Source of the DNA: Octopus bimaculoides
Lineage: Eukaryota
Assembly: GCF_001194135.2 (NCBI RefSeq)
Contig: NC_068985.1
Location: forward strand, 63,551,195 to 63,615,194
Direction: 5' to 3'
DNA length: 64,000 bases
A program made the position numbers and the translations under genes. A model generated the notes under the pieces. That model was not told the origin of the DNA, searched no databases, and was given only the letters and a program-made list of their open reading frames with translations. This document shows, one piece after another, positions 12,888 to 26,137 of the stretch. The stretch's first letter is position 1. Every line of letters starts with the position of its first letter.

Positions 12888-13021
12888 CTGATGTTTCATG
12901 GAGTCAAGTACAAACCAGCGCTGCTTCCAACCTTTGAGGAGAGCGCCTCTCTTGTAGAGGTATCCTTCATGGGTACGATGTTCTCCTGAAAAATGGTCAT
13001 ACATCTGACAGCTTCCAGTGC
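12888..13021 (-). CDS. SBF2: Sbf exon: start of PH domain ([22 protein letters not shown])
   Basis: 134 nt, AG/GTCAGT, phase 1-0, close to the SBF2 PH N-terminus. Confidence 0.96.
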
Positions 13022-13312
13022 CTATCACAAGGATTCAATAACATTAATGAAACATGTCATTAAGGGCAGAAATAATGAAAAAAGAGAAATCTGGAAAGTA
13101 CTAACAGGCCCAACATCTCACTACTGACATGTATGTGCTTATATGTGCCAAAAGTGGGTGGAAGTAGTCAAATATGAGATTTATTTGGAAATAATTATCA
13201 GAATCCACTTCCAGTCTAAAAATGTAAAATGTGAGGAAGAGACAATAATGCCTGTAATTTTATAAACCGCCCTAGTTTCACACAGAATTGTAAACCAAAC
13301 AGTGAGACTTAC

Positions 13313-13468
13313 CTCCAGATACGGAACTAGCTTCTGATCCTCCAGTCTTTGAAATACTTGAGCTACTAGCACTAGTATCAGGGACAGCTTTTAACCGTTT
13401 ACAGTTCTTTGGTACATGAGGCATACATTTCTCATGGCAGTTGTAACCACAGTTGACACAATGCATGC
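13313..13468 (-). CDS. SBF2: Sbf exon: C-terminal half of C1 domain and Ser-rich linker
   Basis: 156 nt, ttccAG/GTAAGT, phase 1-1. Encodes CVNC..CHEKC......C. Confidence 0.95.
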
Positions 13469-13859
13469 CTGGAAAGAGAGATTTCCCATCTAATACATCA
13501 TTAATACAAAAAAGTAACAATGAGATACTACTGCCTGCTACCAGGTATGTCAATGTGTATGTGTAAATATGTGTGTATGAAGTTGGGTGGATGAATATAC
13601 ATATTTAAAAAAAAAAACATAGAAATAAGTGAATCATAAAAATAATGCTCCACCACTAACATGAAACTAGAAATAAGTATTTAATATGTAGGCAGCCCTA
13701 CTTGCTTTTTCCATCATATTCTATGCATGTGAATGTACTGAAAATCTTAACCAATCAAGATATATGCACGCGTGCATACGCACACACACACACACACACA
13801 GGTCTTAAAATTACAGTAGCTACTAACTTGTGTTGATTATTTAGATGTTTCCCTAAACC

Positions 13860-15620
13860 TGAACTCCTCGTGATATAAGCCTTTCCATAAGCCTAATGAG
13901 AAACTTGCATATATACATAAACAATCTTGTCACCCTCCTGTAATATTTAAAAACCTGTTACTGATAGAAATATCAGTAACAAAGTGTTTAACCTCACTAC
14001 TTCTAAAGAAATGTTTGCAAAAGCAGTCCCCTACTATAACAATTGCCCTAGCTAATAGTGGCTTCAAAGGTAAATTAATATATAACCCCTTTAATATTAA
14101 TCAGAATAATAATAACAAGGGACCTAAAAATAGGCCAAGGAAAATTATTTGGTTTGCCCCTCCTTTTCCCTTGGTATAAAAACTAACATAGGTAAAAGAT
14201 TCCTGTCTCTCCTAGACAAACACTTTCCAGCAACTTACACATACAGGAAAATATTTAATAGTCCTTCTGTGAAATTATATAGCTGCTGCCCCAATATGAT
14301 GAGTATCATTACATGTGGTCAATACCAGGAGCCTAAATCCAGTTGTAACGTATAGAGTTTGAAAGATAATGAAACACCACATGACTAAGTGGAAAGTAAC
14401 TGAGAAATCCATACCTTATGTTAATGGACTGAATAAATGTAGGATTCGTTTAGCTGAAAGAATGCAGATCCTGTTCAGATCTAAGATCCCTAACTCTCTA
14501 CTGAACTCTAGGCCTGAAATTTTCAGCGGCTGTAAGAATATGTATAAATATATTTTGTAAAATTGGAAAACTCTGCCTGTTCCTGATTAACTCGATATCT
14601 TTCCAGCCTTATAATTTAAGGTGTAAAGAGGAGTATTATAATATATTTAATGCATCTCTCATTAAAAAGTTCAATATCGAAACAATACTAAAAATTTCAA
14701 AATTACAGATACACCAAAATACTTCATAAATAGATCAAAACTTAGATGTAAGGTCTCATCCTGCTATTTCATCCCATACCAAGACATTCATATTAGTACT
14801 AATATAAATAATATGCCAGGCCAGCCCACACCAGTCAAGGGTTCTGTAACCTGGTTAAACATAGGACCAATGCTGAGGTACAAACAAAAGCATGTAACTG
14901 TCGCAACCCAGATACATGCCTGTTTGCTGGATCTTGTTTGCGCAGTAATGTGGTGTATGAGTGCTGTGTAGAGATACCTGGCACAAATAGGGTTAAAGTC
15001 TATATAGGAAGTACGGTTGATTTCAAGCGTTGCTGCAGGGCTCACTTGAACTCTTTTAATAATTTAAGATATAAATCCTCAACAACATTAGCCACATACA
15101 TACATGATTTCAAGTTGAGCAATACACAATATTCTTTAACCTGGTCCATCGTAGAGGAGGCCCCCTCCCTATAGTACAATCACACTGGTATGTAGGCTTT
15201 GCATCAAGGAGTCAAAAAATATTCTCTCTAGTTATAATTCCTCATTACTGAATAAATTTACCAACGCCATGTACTCATAGACACCATTCAACTTTTAGGT
15301 ATTTTAATCAAACTAGATAGGTGGACCATTATAATCTAAGATTGAATATATTCCACCTAACACTTATAATTCAAACTTTATTATCTTCCTCTTGATGTAA
15401 TTTATTCCCTTAGAACCGACCATACTTTTGATATTAACTTCCCATAATTTCTATTACACTATTTCCTTCTTCTGCCCATAAATATAACCATATATAAAAT
15501 CTAGCATTAAAGTAGGTTTTCTAATAGTAAGTGAGATGTGACCTAGTCTAACACTCCCTGATGATGGAGGCAATTATCTAAAATTTTGGATATGAACATC
15601 TATTAATTACAAGCATTACT
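13860..15620 (+). mobile_element. Penelope-like retroelement fragments (RT thumb and GIY-YIG endonuclease)
   Basis: IIWFAPPFS...FLSLLDKHFP, VVY...YIGST, and W.V.EK..PY...KC...ER peptides with frameshifts. Confidence 0.88.
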
Positions 15621-15816
15621 GGTCTGAAAAAAAAAATTAAAATCCAACATTTAGTCTATGAATTATTTACTTTATACACTATACCCTCGACATCTTATAA
15701 TCTTTTTTAACACTGTTTTTAACCTAACCCTTATTAGTAAGTAGGACTATATCTTTTAATATATTTATATATTTCTCATATATTTTTATAGATCTGCATA
15801 ATTTGTCATACATATA

Positions 15817-17047
15817 CAGGGGTTGGACAAAATAATGGAAACACCTTAAAATTTCAAGCAAATTTATTTTAATATGGGGTAGGACCACCTTTGGCAGCAA
15901 TTACTGCTTGAATTCTATGAGGTATGGACTTGTACAAAATTTGAATTGTTTCCAAAGGAATTTTTGTCCATTCTTCATCTAAAACAGTCTCCAGTTCTTG
16001 TAGTGATGATGGTAGAGGATATCAACTCCTTACTTGCTTTCCGAAAATGCACCATAAATTTTCAATAATATTGAGATCTGAGAACTGTAGTGGCCAGATA
16101 TGATGTTCAACTTCACTAGAATGTTCCTTGAGCCATTTAGTAACAGCTTAAGCTGTGTGAATTGGTGCATTATAATCCTGAAAGATAGCATTTCCCTCTA
16201 GAAACAGTTTCACAACCATAGGATGAATTTGATCATATAAAATGCTTAAATAGTCTTTACTATTAATTCTGCCATGAAGGGAAACCATTTGGCTGGCAGA
16301 TTTCCAAGATATTGTTCCCCAGATCATCACAAATCCTCCTCCATATTTAACAGTCAGAAGAAGGCAGTCTGGGTCAAATGCTTCTTTTGGCTGTCTCCAC
16401 ATGTATACTCAGCCAGTAGTTGGAAATAAGGTAAAGAATGACTTGTCTGAGAAAATAACATTCTTCTACTGCTCTAAGGACCAATTCAGTAGGTTTTTAC
16501 TCCATTCTAAATGCCTTGCAACGTTTGTTTTTGAAAGTAGTGGTTTTCTTATTGCTGCCCTTCCATGAAATCCAGCTTTGTCCAGCTCCTGGTAACTGTG
16601 TTCTCAAGGTGGTCATTAAACTCTGCAGTAATTTTGGGAGCTGTACTTTTGTGATCTTTTCTAACAATTCGTGTAAGAGTCCAATGGTCCTCATCTGAAA
16701 GTTTTGGTTTTCTTCTGGAGTTTTGTTTCAACAAGGTTTTCCCTCTTTCTCAAAGGCTATCATTACTTTCAAGACAGTACTTTTTGATTCACCAAACACT
16801 TTGGCTGTTTTCGAGCACCAACGATTTGACCTCTTTGAAAGTCCGATAGATCTGTCGTTTTAATGAATTTTAATTACCTTTTTCTGATGATATCTTTAAA
16901 AAAACAGCAATTTTACCAAAACATATTAAGCAACACTAATAATAAATCAAAAAACATAAAAATAAACAAGCTTTTGATGGTTTTATAGATATTTTAAAAT
17001 TATGATGCTATGATGCTAGGTGTTTCCATTATTCTGTCCAACCCCTG
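15817..17047 (-). mobile_element. Tc1-family DNA transposon, full length but decayed
   Basis: TIRs CAGGGGTTGGACAAAATAATGGAAACACCT with TA duplication on both sides; transposase fragments GGGFVMIWG and FQDYNAPIHTA. Confidence 0.95.
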
Positions 17048-17288
17048 TATGTCTATTATATTTTTGATATTTTGGTGCATCTGTAATTTTGAAATTTTTA
17101 GTATTGTTCTGATATTGAACTTTTTAATGAGAGATGCATTAAATATATTATAATACTCCTTTTAGCTTGGCTTATATTATAATGTTTTTGAATTGTTGAA
17201 CCTATCTGATTTCTCATCTTTAATTTGAAAAAATATATACACCTAATGTCTCAGGTTCAATACTTAAGCACTTTCCAACACTGCCTGT

Positions 17289-17328
<40 letters not shown>

Positions 17329-17819
17329 ATGATATATACACACACACACACAATAATAACTATATAATAATATATCGTAATAATGATATATATATACTCC
17401 AATTAAAGCAACATTTATCGAAACAAATGATTGAAAAATGACGAGCTAACTTCCAGCTAGAACTGAACCCACAAATCAATGCTAACATGGCTCCTAGTAC
17501 ATCCAATTGTGCCAGAATACTCACCCATAAATTTTCAATCAAATTAATGCATAGATATTTTAACTGTCTAGAACTGCATATAATATTTTGTAAACAAACC
17601 CAGAGGCTTGAGAAGTTACAGAGAAAAAGCGACTACAGGAGTCATTTTTATACAATAACTATATAATAATATATCATAGTAATAATATATAAACTCCATT
17701 TAAAGAAATATTTATCTAAATAATTGACTGAAAAATGATGAGCTAACTCATATATATATATATATATATGTATATGATAAATAATCTGGTTCAATCTTCC
17801 ATTTAGCCTAATGTTTCTA

Positions 17820-19380
17820 CTAATGTAGCTTGGAACTTTCTGTCATTGATTAAGAAGTATTTCCCCAGGGACCATAAGTATTACAAGCTCTTCAACCCAC
17901 ATAATGTCAAGGTGAACTACTTCTGCTTAGATAACATTGCTTCTAATATTGCACACTACAACAGATGCAAACATGCCAACTCCCAACAGCTGCCCTCTAG
18001 AAAGATTCTACTTCTAAAGGGCTGCAGTTTAGAGCCATCTGATGGCATCACAAGGCACCACACAGGGATGACAGTCAATGATTTCAAGGGGAAGTACACA
18101 TAGCACATGCATTCACTCAAATGCAGAGATACAGAGAATTCCACTTTTTTGGCTCGCTTCCTCTGGAGGCTCTGTGACCCCCAGAATGAAACACCCAGCA
18201 TCGAATGTTGGTGGCAGCTTTCCAATCAAGAGCAGGGTTACCAACCACTACTGCTTATGCACACTGATGACCACAACCTTATGCATCCAATGCAATCCCA
18301 AACTTTCACCACCAAACATGTGGCGTGCACACATAAACACACAAAAACAAGCACTTATGTGCATACACACCACCTCACACACTCCTACACACACCCACAC
18401 ACATATGTACACATAATTACACTAGCATACATCACACTCACATACATAAATACCGCATCTGCCACACCAGCATGCATGTCACTTCCACATACACAACTAA
18501 CAAAAGCATGCACACATACATGTATACTTACACACAACTACACTAACATACATCACACCCACACATATAAATACATCTTTCACACTAGAACACTCGCACA
18601 CAAATAACAAAAGCATATATATGCACATATACATTAACACACACATGCCCATATACACTCTTTCAGACATGCACATTCACACATATGTTCATGCACAAAT
18701 TCAAGAATGTACATACATACATACATCTGCACTTGCTCACATATGCACACCCATACAATCAATAACACATCCACTCCACACATTCATACATTTCGTATAT
18801 AATGTGTGTGTGTGTGTGTGTGTGCACACGCACACACACACACACACAAACACAAACACATACATTTACTGGTCTTACTTCTACAACACCCAGGCATATG
18901 GTCGAGGGAAGCACAGGGTAGATATGGTGTTTTTACACCTTTTACCATAAAATAATTTTTTTCTCCACAGTAACTGCAGTTTAAAAGTTGAAATATGTAA
19001 CAAATATATTCTAACTAACCTAAAGTTAATTTATTCTTAATCACTGCTTGGTGCTGGTGCTGCTGTTTTTATTCCAATCGAGCAGTCCACTAGTGCAACT
19101 CAATCACTGATGTGGACTGCATTTTAGTTAAAGCTACAGTTTTGAATCTGCCCAGGGTTATTTTTCTTCAGTATTTCCCACTGAGGAAGGATTAAGAGCC
19201 AGAAATGTGCATCTAGGAATCTGCTAGAGGGAAGCACAGGGCAGAGATTGTGTTTTTACATCTTTAATCATGAGAGAGAATCTTTTTCTCCGTGGTAACT
19301 GCAGTAAATTTACCTTTAGAAGTTAAAATATGTCACAAACATATTTTACCAACCCAAAATTCAAACATTTATTAAACTGA
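17820..19380 (+). mobile_element. Penelope-like remnant with CA-rich low-complexity expansion and tandem terminal repeat
   Basis: KYFPRDHKYYKLFNPHNVKVNY peptide; direct repeat 18904-19035 / 19227-19372 with a hammerhead motif between. Confidence 0.6.
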
Positions 19381-20744
19381 GACGTGCATAACCTGACATT
19401 TTAAGTTGTCAGTCAAGGTCAGGTGGAGTATTTCAGAAAGTAGATTTGGAACAAATACTGTTTCTCCATGTAAGAGTTTTGTCTTACATGCAACAGTTGA
19501 ACTCAACACTACACACCAACATTGGTCAAGTTTGCAGTTATACCAGTAATTATACAGGAGTACTTATTGTATCTGTTGAAAGTTAGGTGAGACATGAAGA
19601 AACCTAGTCATACCACTCAATCTCCACTCAAATAGCAGCCAAATATTGTATGAATCACATCACACTGGCATCTAAAATGATGGCCAAACTGAATAATACA
19701 TTCCTAAATATAATGTGTCTAAGGTTGGATGCTCATAACTGGAATGCCTTTGATCATAGATCTACTCAGAGGATAAAAAGCCAGCAATGACGAGTTCCTT
19801 CTATCTAACTCCTAGTGACGCATCATTACCATTTTTATTGAAAAGAAGACAATTTCTTGTAATCCCTGATTTATTATAACAGCAATAAACTAATGACTAG
19901 ACCAATCCTTTAATAAATTAGCTGTTCCTGTCCCAATTCAGGTTCATCAATGCCAGTTATGTGTAGTTGGAACAAGTGCCAGGAATCAGTCTATCTTCAA
20001 TCTATCCATTGAAAATTACAAAGAAATCTTAAGGAATAGTGTCTTTAAGAAGTACTCTGTCATTAAAGAATTATCACATTTAAATATTTTTAGATGATAA
20101 TTTAATTGGAGGTTTTATTCCATATTAAAACAAACCCTGCCATTTAAACGGGTTGTCTGAGTGTGTGTGTTTGTGCATACACATGTGTGAGTATGTGTGT
20201 CAGTGCAAGTCCCAATGTATGTGTGTGCTACATAAGCCAACAATGGAACCTTCATGTGGTTACTCAACTTGCTAGAAATAACAACCAAATTTCTTTATCA
20301 TCTTTAAAAAGTCAAAACATAAGGACACTTTAGCTATTGCAGTTCTAAAAATATTATGACTGAATGATCACAGCTGAACAGTTTTTAATCTGGGGCTAAA
20401 CAAACAAACATTTTCATGGATTTTTCTTCATCAAAAAGGATATCAAGATACAAATTAAAACATAAGAGACAAAACTGGCTATGATTCCCTTAAAGACATG
20501 GAACCAGCATTGATTCTCTTAAAGATATAGAGCTAGCTGTGTTCTTTTAAAGACACAGAGCCAGCTCTGATACCCTAACCCTGAATCAATAACAATATGA
20601 ATTTATCAACATTTCAATAGTAGAACTATTTTGTGGTATCATATGTAGAATTTGAAGTGAAAATATGTGAATGCATTCAAGAAAAAGTCTCTTTCAAAAC
20701 ATCTTTAAATGAAAGAAAATGAATGAAGTATCAAAATGACTTAC

Positions 20745-21051
20745 CCCCTGTTTTTACAAGTCCCCAGAGAACATGAGAACAGTAATCACAATATGCTGGC
20801 GTTGTGTAGGACTGCTTCTCAAAGCGATGTTGTTGACTAAACATTTTGGCAGTTTCTCCCAGCAGTTTACCCTTCAACAGTATTTCAAGTGTTGAGCGTT
20901 TGTGTATTGACCTTCCATGCAACCGTACCAATTGTGTGTTAAAAGATGTCTGCCTGTGTAAAGATTCTCGGGTTGGTTGTTCCAGTTTATCCCAGAGAAC
21001 TTTCCATTTCTGTGGAAGATGGCCAAGTTCCGTTTCTAGTCGGTGGATTTC
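20745..21051 (-). CDS. SBF2: Sbf exon: coiled coil (EIHRLETELG) and N-terminal half of C1 domain
   Basis: 307 nt, tgtAG acceptor at 21052-53, GTAAGT donor, phase 0-1. Encodes HRFEK...CDYC. Confidence 0.95.
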
Positions 21052-21144
21052 CTACACAAACCAACAACAAAACAATTATTAATACTTAATTGTATCTAAC
21101 ATTAGTCCATAACTACATGCTATGGGGGAAGGTTCAGATTGTTT

Positions 21145-21152
21145 TCTAAATC

Positions 21153-21213
<61 letters not shown>
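21145..21213. repeat. (ATT)n microsatellite, representative of many (TA)n, (TG)n, (GA)n, (GATA)n, (AAT)n and (TTGG)n tracts
   Basis: Direct reading. Confidence 0.95.
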
Positions 21214-21214
<1 letters not shown>

Positions 21215-22253
21215 CTAATGGCTTTGGAAAATTAAATTAACAATGAATGTCACACTTTCATCTTTCTAAAAATGTCACACTTTGAAATTTGGAGATCATA
21301 AAATTCAACCCATTATACTCACTAATTAAGGTTCATCTGACTTAGTACCTCTGTTATATTCACTAATTACAGTTCATCTATTTCAACTTCTTATATTAAC
21401 TAATATCAGCTTATTCAGTATTTCATGCATGTTCATTAATTAAGATTCACCTAACTTAGTCTGTTAGTTATATTCATTAATTAATGTCCATCTAACCTAT
21501 CACAGTTACATGTGATTGGTTGAAGCAAATACTATCCTGTAGTGACCACCACCATTTGAGAGTTAGATTGGTTCAGTGAAAGTTTCTCAATTTTTATCCT
21601 ATGACAAAAACTGCTATCTTCCACTGGTAAACAACAAAATGTCATTTGCTACTGCACCCTTCCCACCACACCTGACAACAGAACAGGTAAATAAAAAAAC
21701 AACAGAGGAAGAGGTAGGGTGAACAAAACCCAGTCAGTTTTGACTGGTACCTAGTTTGGTATTTAGCAGTGACAACATCAAATCTTCTCATACCACTGAA
21801 TGAATGTATGATTTGTGTAAAATCTAATATATTAGTGGTTTTTATTGACTCTGTGGGAATATAAGGTATGATGGATTCGAGCATTGGGCCTCATGTGACA
21901 TACCATGCTTGAGAAGGTCTGTCAAGCCAAGTAAGATCATAGTCGTGGCCAATACTGGTGTCACATCAATGGCACCCATACCAGTGACACATAAAAATCA
22001 TCCACTACATTCTTGGAGTAGTTGGCATTTAGGAAGAGCATCTAGCCATAGAAACCATGCCAAATCAGATTGGAACATGGTGCAGCTCTCCAGCTTACCA
22101 CTTTTCAGTCAAACCATCCAACCCATGCCAGCATGGAAAGCAGACGTTAAATGATATCCCCAAACTCAATGCATTAAAACTGATAGTCTGACAGACTCTG
22201 CCACTTTTGTTGTTCAAAATTAAATGTTTTATATTGGAAACTAAAGAACTCAC

Positions 22254-22484
22254 TTGAAATTCCCAAGAGAAGAAATTAGGCTCCTGTACTAAAATATTGT
22301 CATAGCAACCATTAATAATTTTACGGCGCCGGTGTGGAGTCAAATCTGCATCTTGCTCATTGTCATTTGGTCGCATTTCTCGTCCCATGATTTCAATATC
22401 ATAGGATGGGCCATGGGCAAGGTCTTCATTTAGGAAATAATTCCAGATCACCAAATTTTGGAGGTTTGAATAAGGACGCAAAAC
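22254..22484 (-). CDS. SBF2: Sbf exon (VLRPYSNLQNL...GPSYD...WEFQ)
   Basis: 231 nt, AG/GTGAGT. VLRPYSN and GPSYD match SBF1/2. Confidence 0.95.
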
Positions 22485-23095
22485 CTGTAAAGAGAATCAA
22501 TCAATCAATCAATCAATCAAACACTTCAACTTGGACAATGGGGACCTAAAGTCTGACATTGCAAATATTAAACAGTAAACAGTATCAGTTACTTTAACAG
22601 GGTAACAGAACAATTTTGGTAAAGGAGAGAGTAATGGATCAAACAAATAATATAAATTGTACAATTTTATGAAGCAGCCAACCTAATGAAAATCCTAGTT
22701 AACTCTAGTTGGATTTGAACTTAGAACATTGAGAAACACCACTAAATATAGCAAACTATTTAGTGTTGTGTTTGACAGTAACATTGCAAACCACCAAATA
22801 AACAACAGTAATATAGCGAAGATTCACCAAAGATATATGAGACTTATATTTGACATCAATATTATTGAAATATAACAAAGTTTATAGAGAAAGAGTAGAT
22901 TAAAAATTAGATTTCATTTAGTAGTTGTGATTAAGTAAAACAATGTTTTGAGGGAAACATTTTAAAGGTTGCCTTCTTAAATTACTGAACTTTATATTAA
23001 TTAAGCATCTATTTAGCTTGAGATGTATTACTGTTATAAAGATTTAAAAGTTTTAGACTGTTTTCACTTCATTGGGAAAACATTTGGAACTTTTG

Positions 23096-23130
<35 letters not shown>

Positions 23131-24141
23131 CTGTTGCCAGTACCCGCCTGACTGGCCCTCGTGCCGGTGGCACGTAAAAGCACCCACTACACTCTCGGAG
23201 TGGTTGGCGTTAGGAAGGGCATCCAGCTGTAGAAACTCTGCCAAATCAGATTGGAGCCTGGTGTAACCATCTGGTTCACCAGTCCTCAGTCAAATCGTCA
23301 TATATAGATAGATAGATAGATATATAGATAGATAGATAGATAGATAAATAGATACTCTTTTACTTGTTNNNNNNNNNNNNNNNNNNNNNNNNNNNNNNNN
23401 NNNNNNNNNNNNNNNNNNNNNNNNNNNNNNNNNNNNNNNNNNNNNNNNNNNNNNNNNNNNNNNNNNNNNNNNNNNNNNNNNNNNNNNNNNNNNNNNNNNN
23501 NNNNNNNNNNNNNNNNNNNNNNNNNNNNNNNNNNNNNNNNNNNNNNNNNNNNNNNNNNNNNNNNNNNNNNNNNNNNNNNNNNNNNNNNNNNNNNNNNNNN
23601 NNNNNNNNNNNNNNNNNNNNNNNNNNNNNNNNNNNNNNNNNNNNNNNNNNNNNNNNNNNNNNNNNNNNNNNNNNNNNNNNNNNNNNNNNNNNNNNNNNNN
23701 NNNNNNNNNNNNNNNNNNNNNNNNNNNNNNNNNNNNNNNNNNNNNNNNNNNNNNNNNNNNNNNNNNNNNNNNNNNNNNNNNNNNNNNNNNNNNNNNNNNN
23801 NNNNNNNNNNNNNNNNNNNNNNNNNNNNNNNNNNNNNNNNNNNNNNNNNNNNNNNNNNNNNNNNNNNNNNNNNNNNNNNNNNNNNNNNNNNNNNNNNNNN
23901 NNNNNNNNNNNNNNNNNNNNNNNNNNNNNNNNNNNNNNNNNNNNNNNNNNNNNNNNNNNNNNNNNNNNNNNNNNNNNNNNNNNNNNNNNNNNNNNNNNNN
24001 NNNNNNNNNNNNNNNNNNNNNNNNNNNNNNNNNNNNNNNNNNNNNNNNNNNNNNNNNNNNNNNNNNNNNNNNNNNNNNNNNNNNNNNNNNNNNNNNNNNN
24101 NNNNNNNNNNNNNNNNNNNNNNNNNNNNNNNNNNNNNNNNN

Positions 24142-24176
<35 letters not shown>

Positions 24177-24609
24177 TCATCATCATCATTTTAACATCCA
24201 CTTTTCTGTGCTTGCATGGGTTGCACAAAATTTAATAAGTCAGATTTTCTACAACCATATGCCTTTCCTGTTACCAACTGTCACCAGTTTCCTAGCAGTG
24301 CAATATTTCCCTGTGGCCAGTTTTTCACAGGATATAGGAAATGAATAACACTGCTTGTATGACAATGACTTTCGTTTTCAGCTATCACATGATGTCAAAA
24401 CACGGAAACATAGACACACATACATATACAATGGGTTTCCTTCAGTTTTGTCCATTAAATCCATTCACGAGGCTTTGGTTAGCCCACGGCTATAAAGCAG
24501 ATGTCCAATGCACCACAAAGTGGGACTGAACCCAAAATCATGTAGTTGGGAAGCAAACATCTAATCCACACAGCCATGCCTCATCTATTATATTACATTT
24601 TGCACTCAG

Positions 24610-26104
24610 TGGCTCCAAAAAGAAAGAGGCATGGAGGTGCTAGTGTGAACCCAATATTGGGATCTGCTATATGCATTGACAGCAGTATAATGGATAAGGC
24701 AATTAAGGATATGAAGACAGAGAAAGCCCCTGGTCCATCAGGAATCACTGTTGAGATACTTAAAATATCTGGTGGAGTGGGATATGCTTTAGTCACACAA
24801 AAAGTTAAACAGCTTAACCAGGAAGGTGTCATCCCCAATGACTGATGCAGCAGCATTATAGTCAACTGTTACAAGAGTAAGGGAGATGCCTTAGATAGAA
24901 GTAACTATAGCGACATCAAATTGCTAGACTAGGTCATGAAAGATATAGAAAAAATTATATAGAAAGTGTTATAGGAACAAAATTAGATTAGGTGAAATGC
25001 AGTCAGGCTTTGTGCTGAGGAGAAGCACTATTGACACTATAGTCAGACAACTGCAGGAGAAGTATTTGGCTAACCATTGTACTTGATGTTTGTTGACTTA
25101 GAGAAAGCCTTTGACAGAGTACTCCACTTACTTATTTTGTGGGCTCTGAGAAAGCTAGGGGTAGAGAAGTGGCTTGTGAAAGCCATACTAGCCAAGTACA
25201 GAAGTTCTGTTAGTAAGGTGATAGTTAACAACATGTGTAGTAATGATTTTAGTGTACAGATAGGCGTTCATCAGGGTTCTCAGCCACATCCTAGTCATCA
25301 TCATCTTCCAGACCATAACAGAGGAATTAAAACTGGCTGCCCCTAGGAACAGTTATATGCTTATGATCTTGCTCTTATAGCAGATTCTGCAACAGAACAA
25401 GAAAAGAAACTCTATGTGTGGAAGCAAAACTTAGAATCAAAGGGCTGTAAGGTTAACTTAGCAAAAACTATGGTTCTAGTAAGCAAGAAAATGGACAGGA
25501 CCCTTACTCTATCAAGTAAATGGCCCTGTTTGACATGTAGGAACTGTGTAGGCAGGAATTCTATACAGTGTACCCAGTGCAAGCTACTGACAAACAAGTG
25601 CAGTGAAATAATAAGAAGGTTATAAGGTAGTACTTGAATGTGGAAGATGCACAGGAGCCATAAAAACCACAGACTTACCTACAGGACCTAATTAGCTGTG
25701 GGGGAGAATGCATGGAAAGTGTAATCACTAGAATAGGAATAAGATGACGAAAATCCAGAGAGCTTTTACCTCTTTTGGCAACCAAAGGTCTCTCTTTCTC
25801 TCTCTGAGCGAAAGAAAGATAGCGTGATGTATACAAACAGCAATGCCACATTGTAGTGAGACAAGGGCTCTGAATGCAGAAGACATGCAAAGACTAGAGA
25901 AGATTGAAGCTAGCATGTTCTACTGGATGTGCAATATCAGTGTACATGTGTGACAGAGACCTGTGCAAGAGAGAGGGCTATGCTGGTTTGATTGGTGACT
26001 GGCAAATTCCACTGTGGGAAATTCCACCACGGAAAATTCCACCAGGTAAATTTCACCACGGTATATTCCACCATGGTAAATTTCACCATAGGTGATATTA
26101 TTAA

Positions 26105-26137
<33 letters not shown>

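Noticed and set aside
15558-15600. CTGATGA after the GIY-YIG fragment as a hammerhead
   Set aside because: The 5' core is present but no GAAA, helix III or helix I partner is recognisable.
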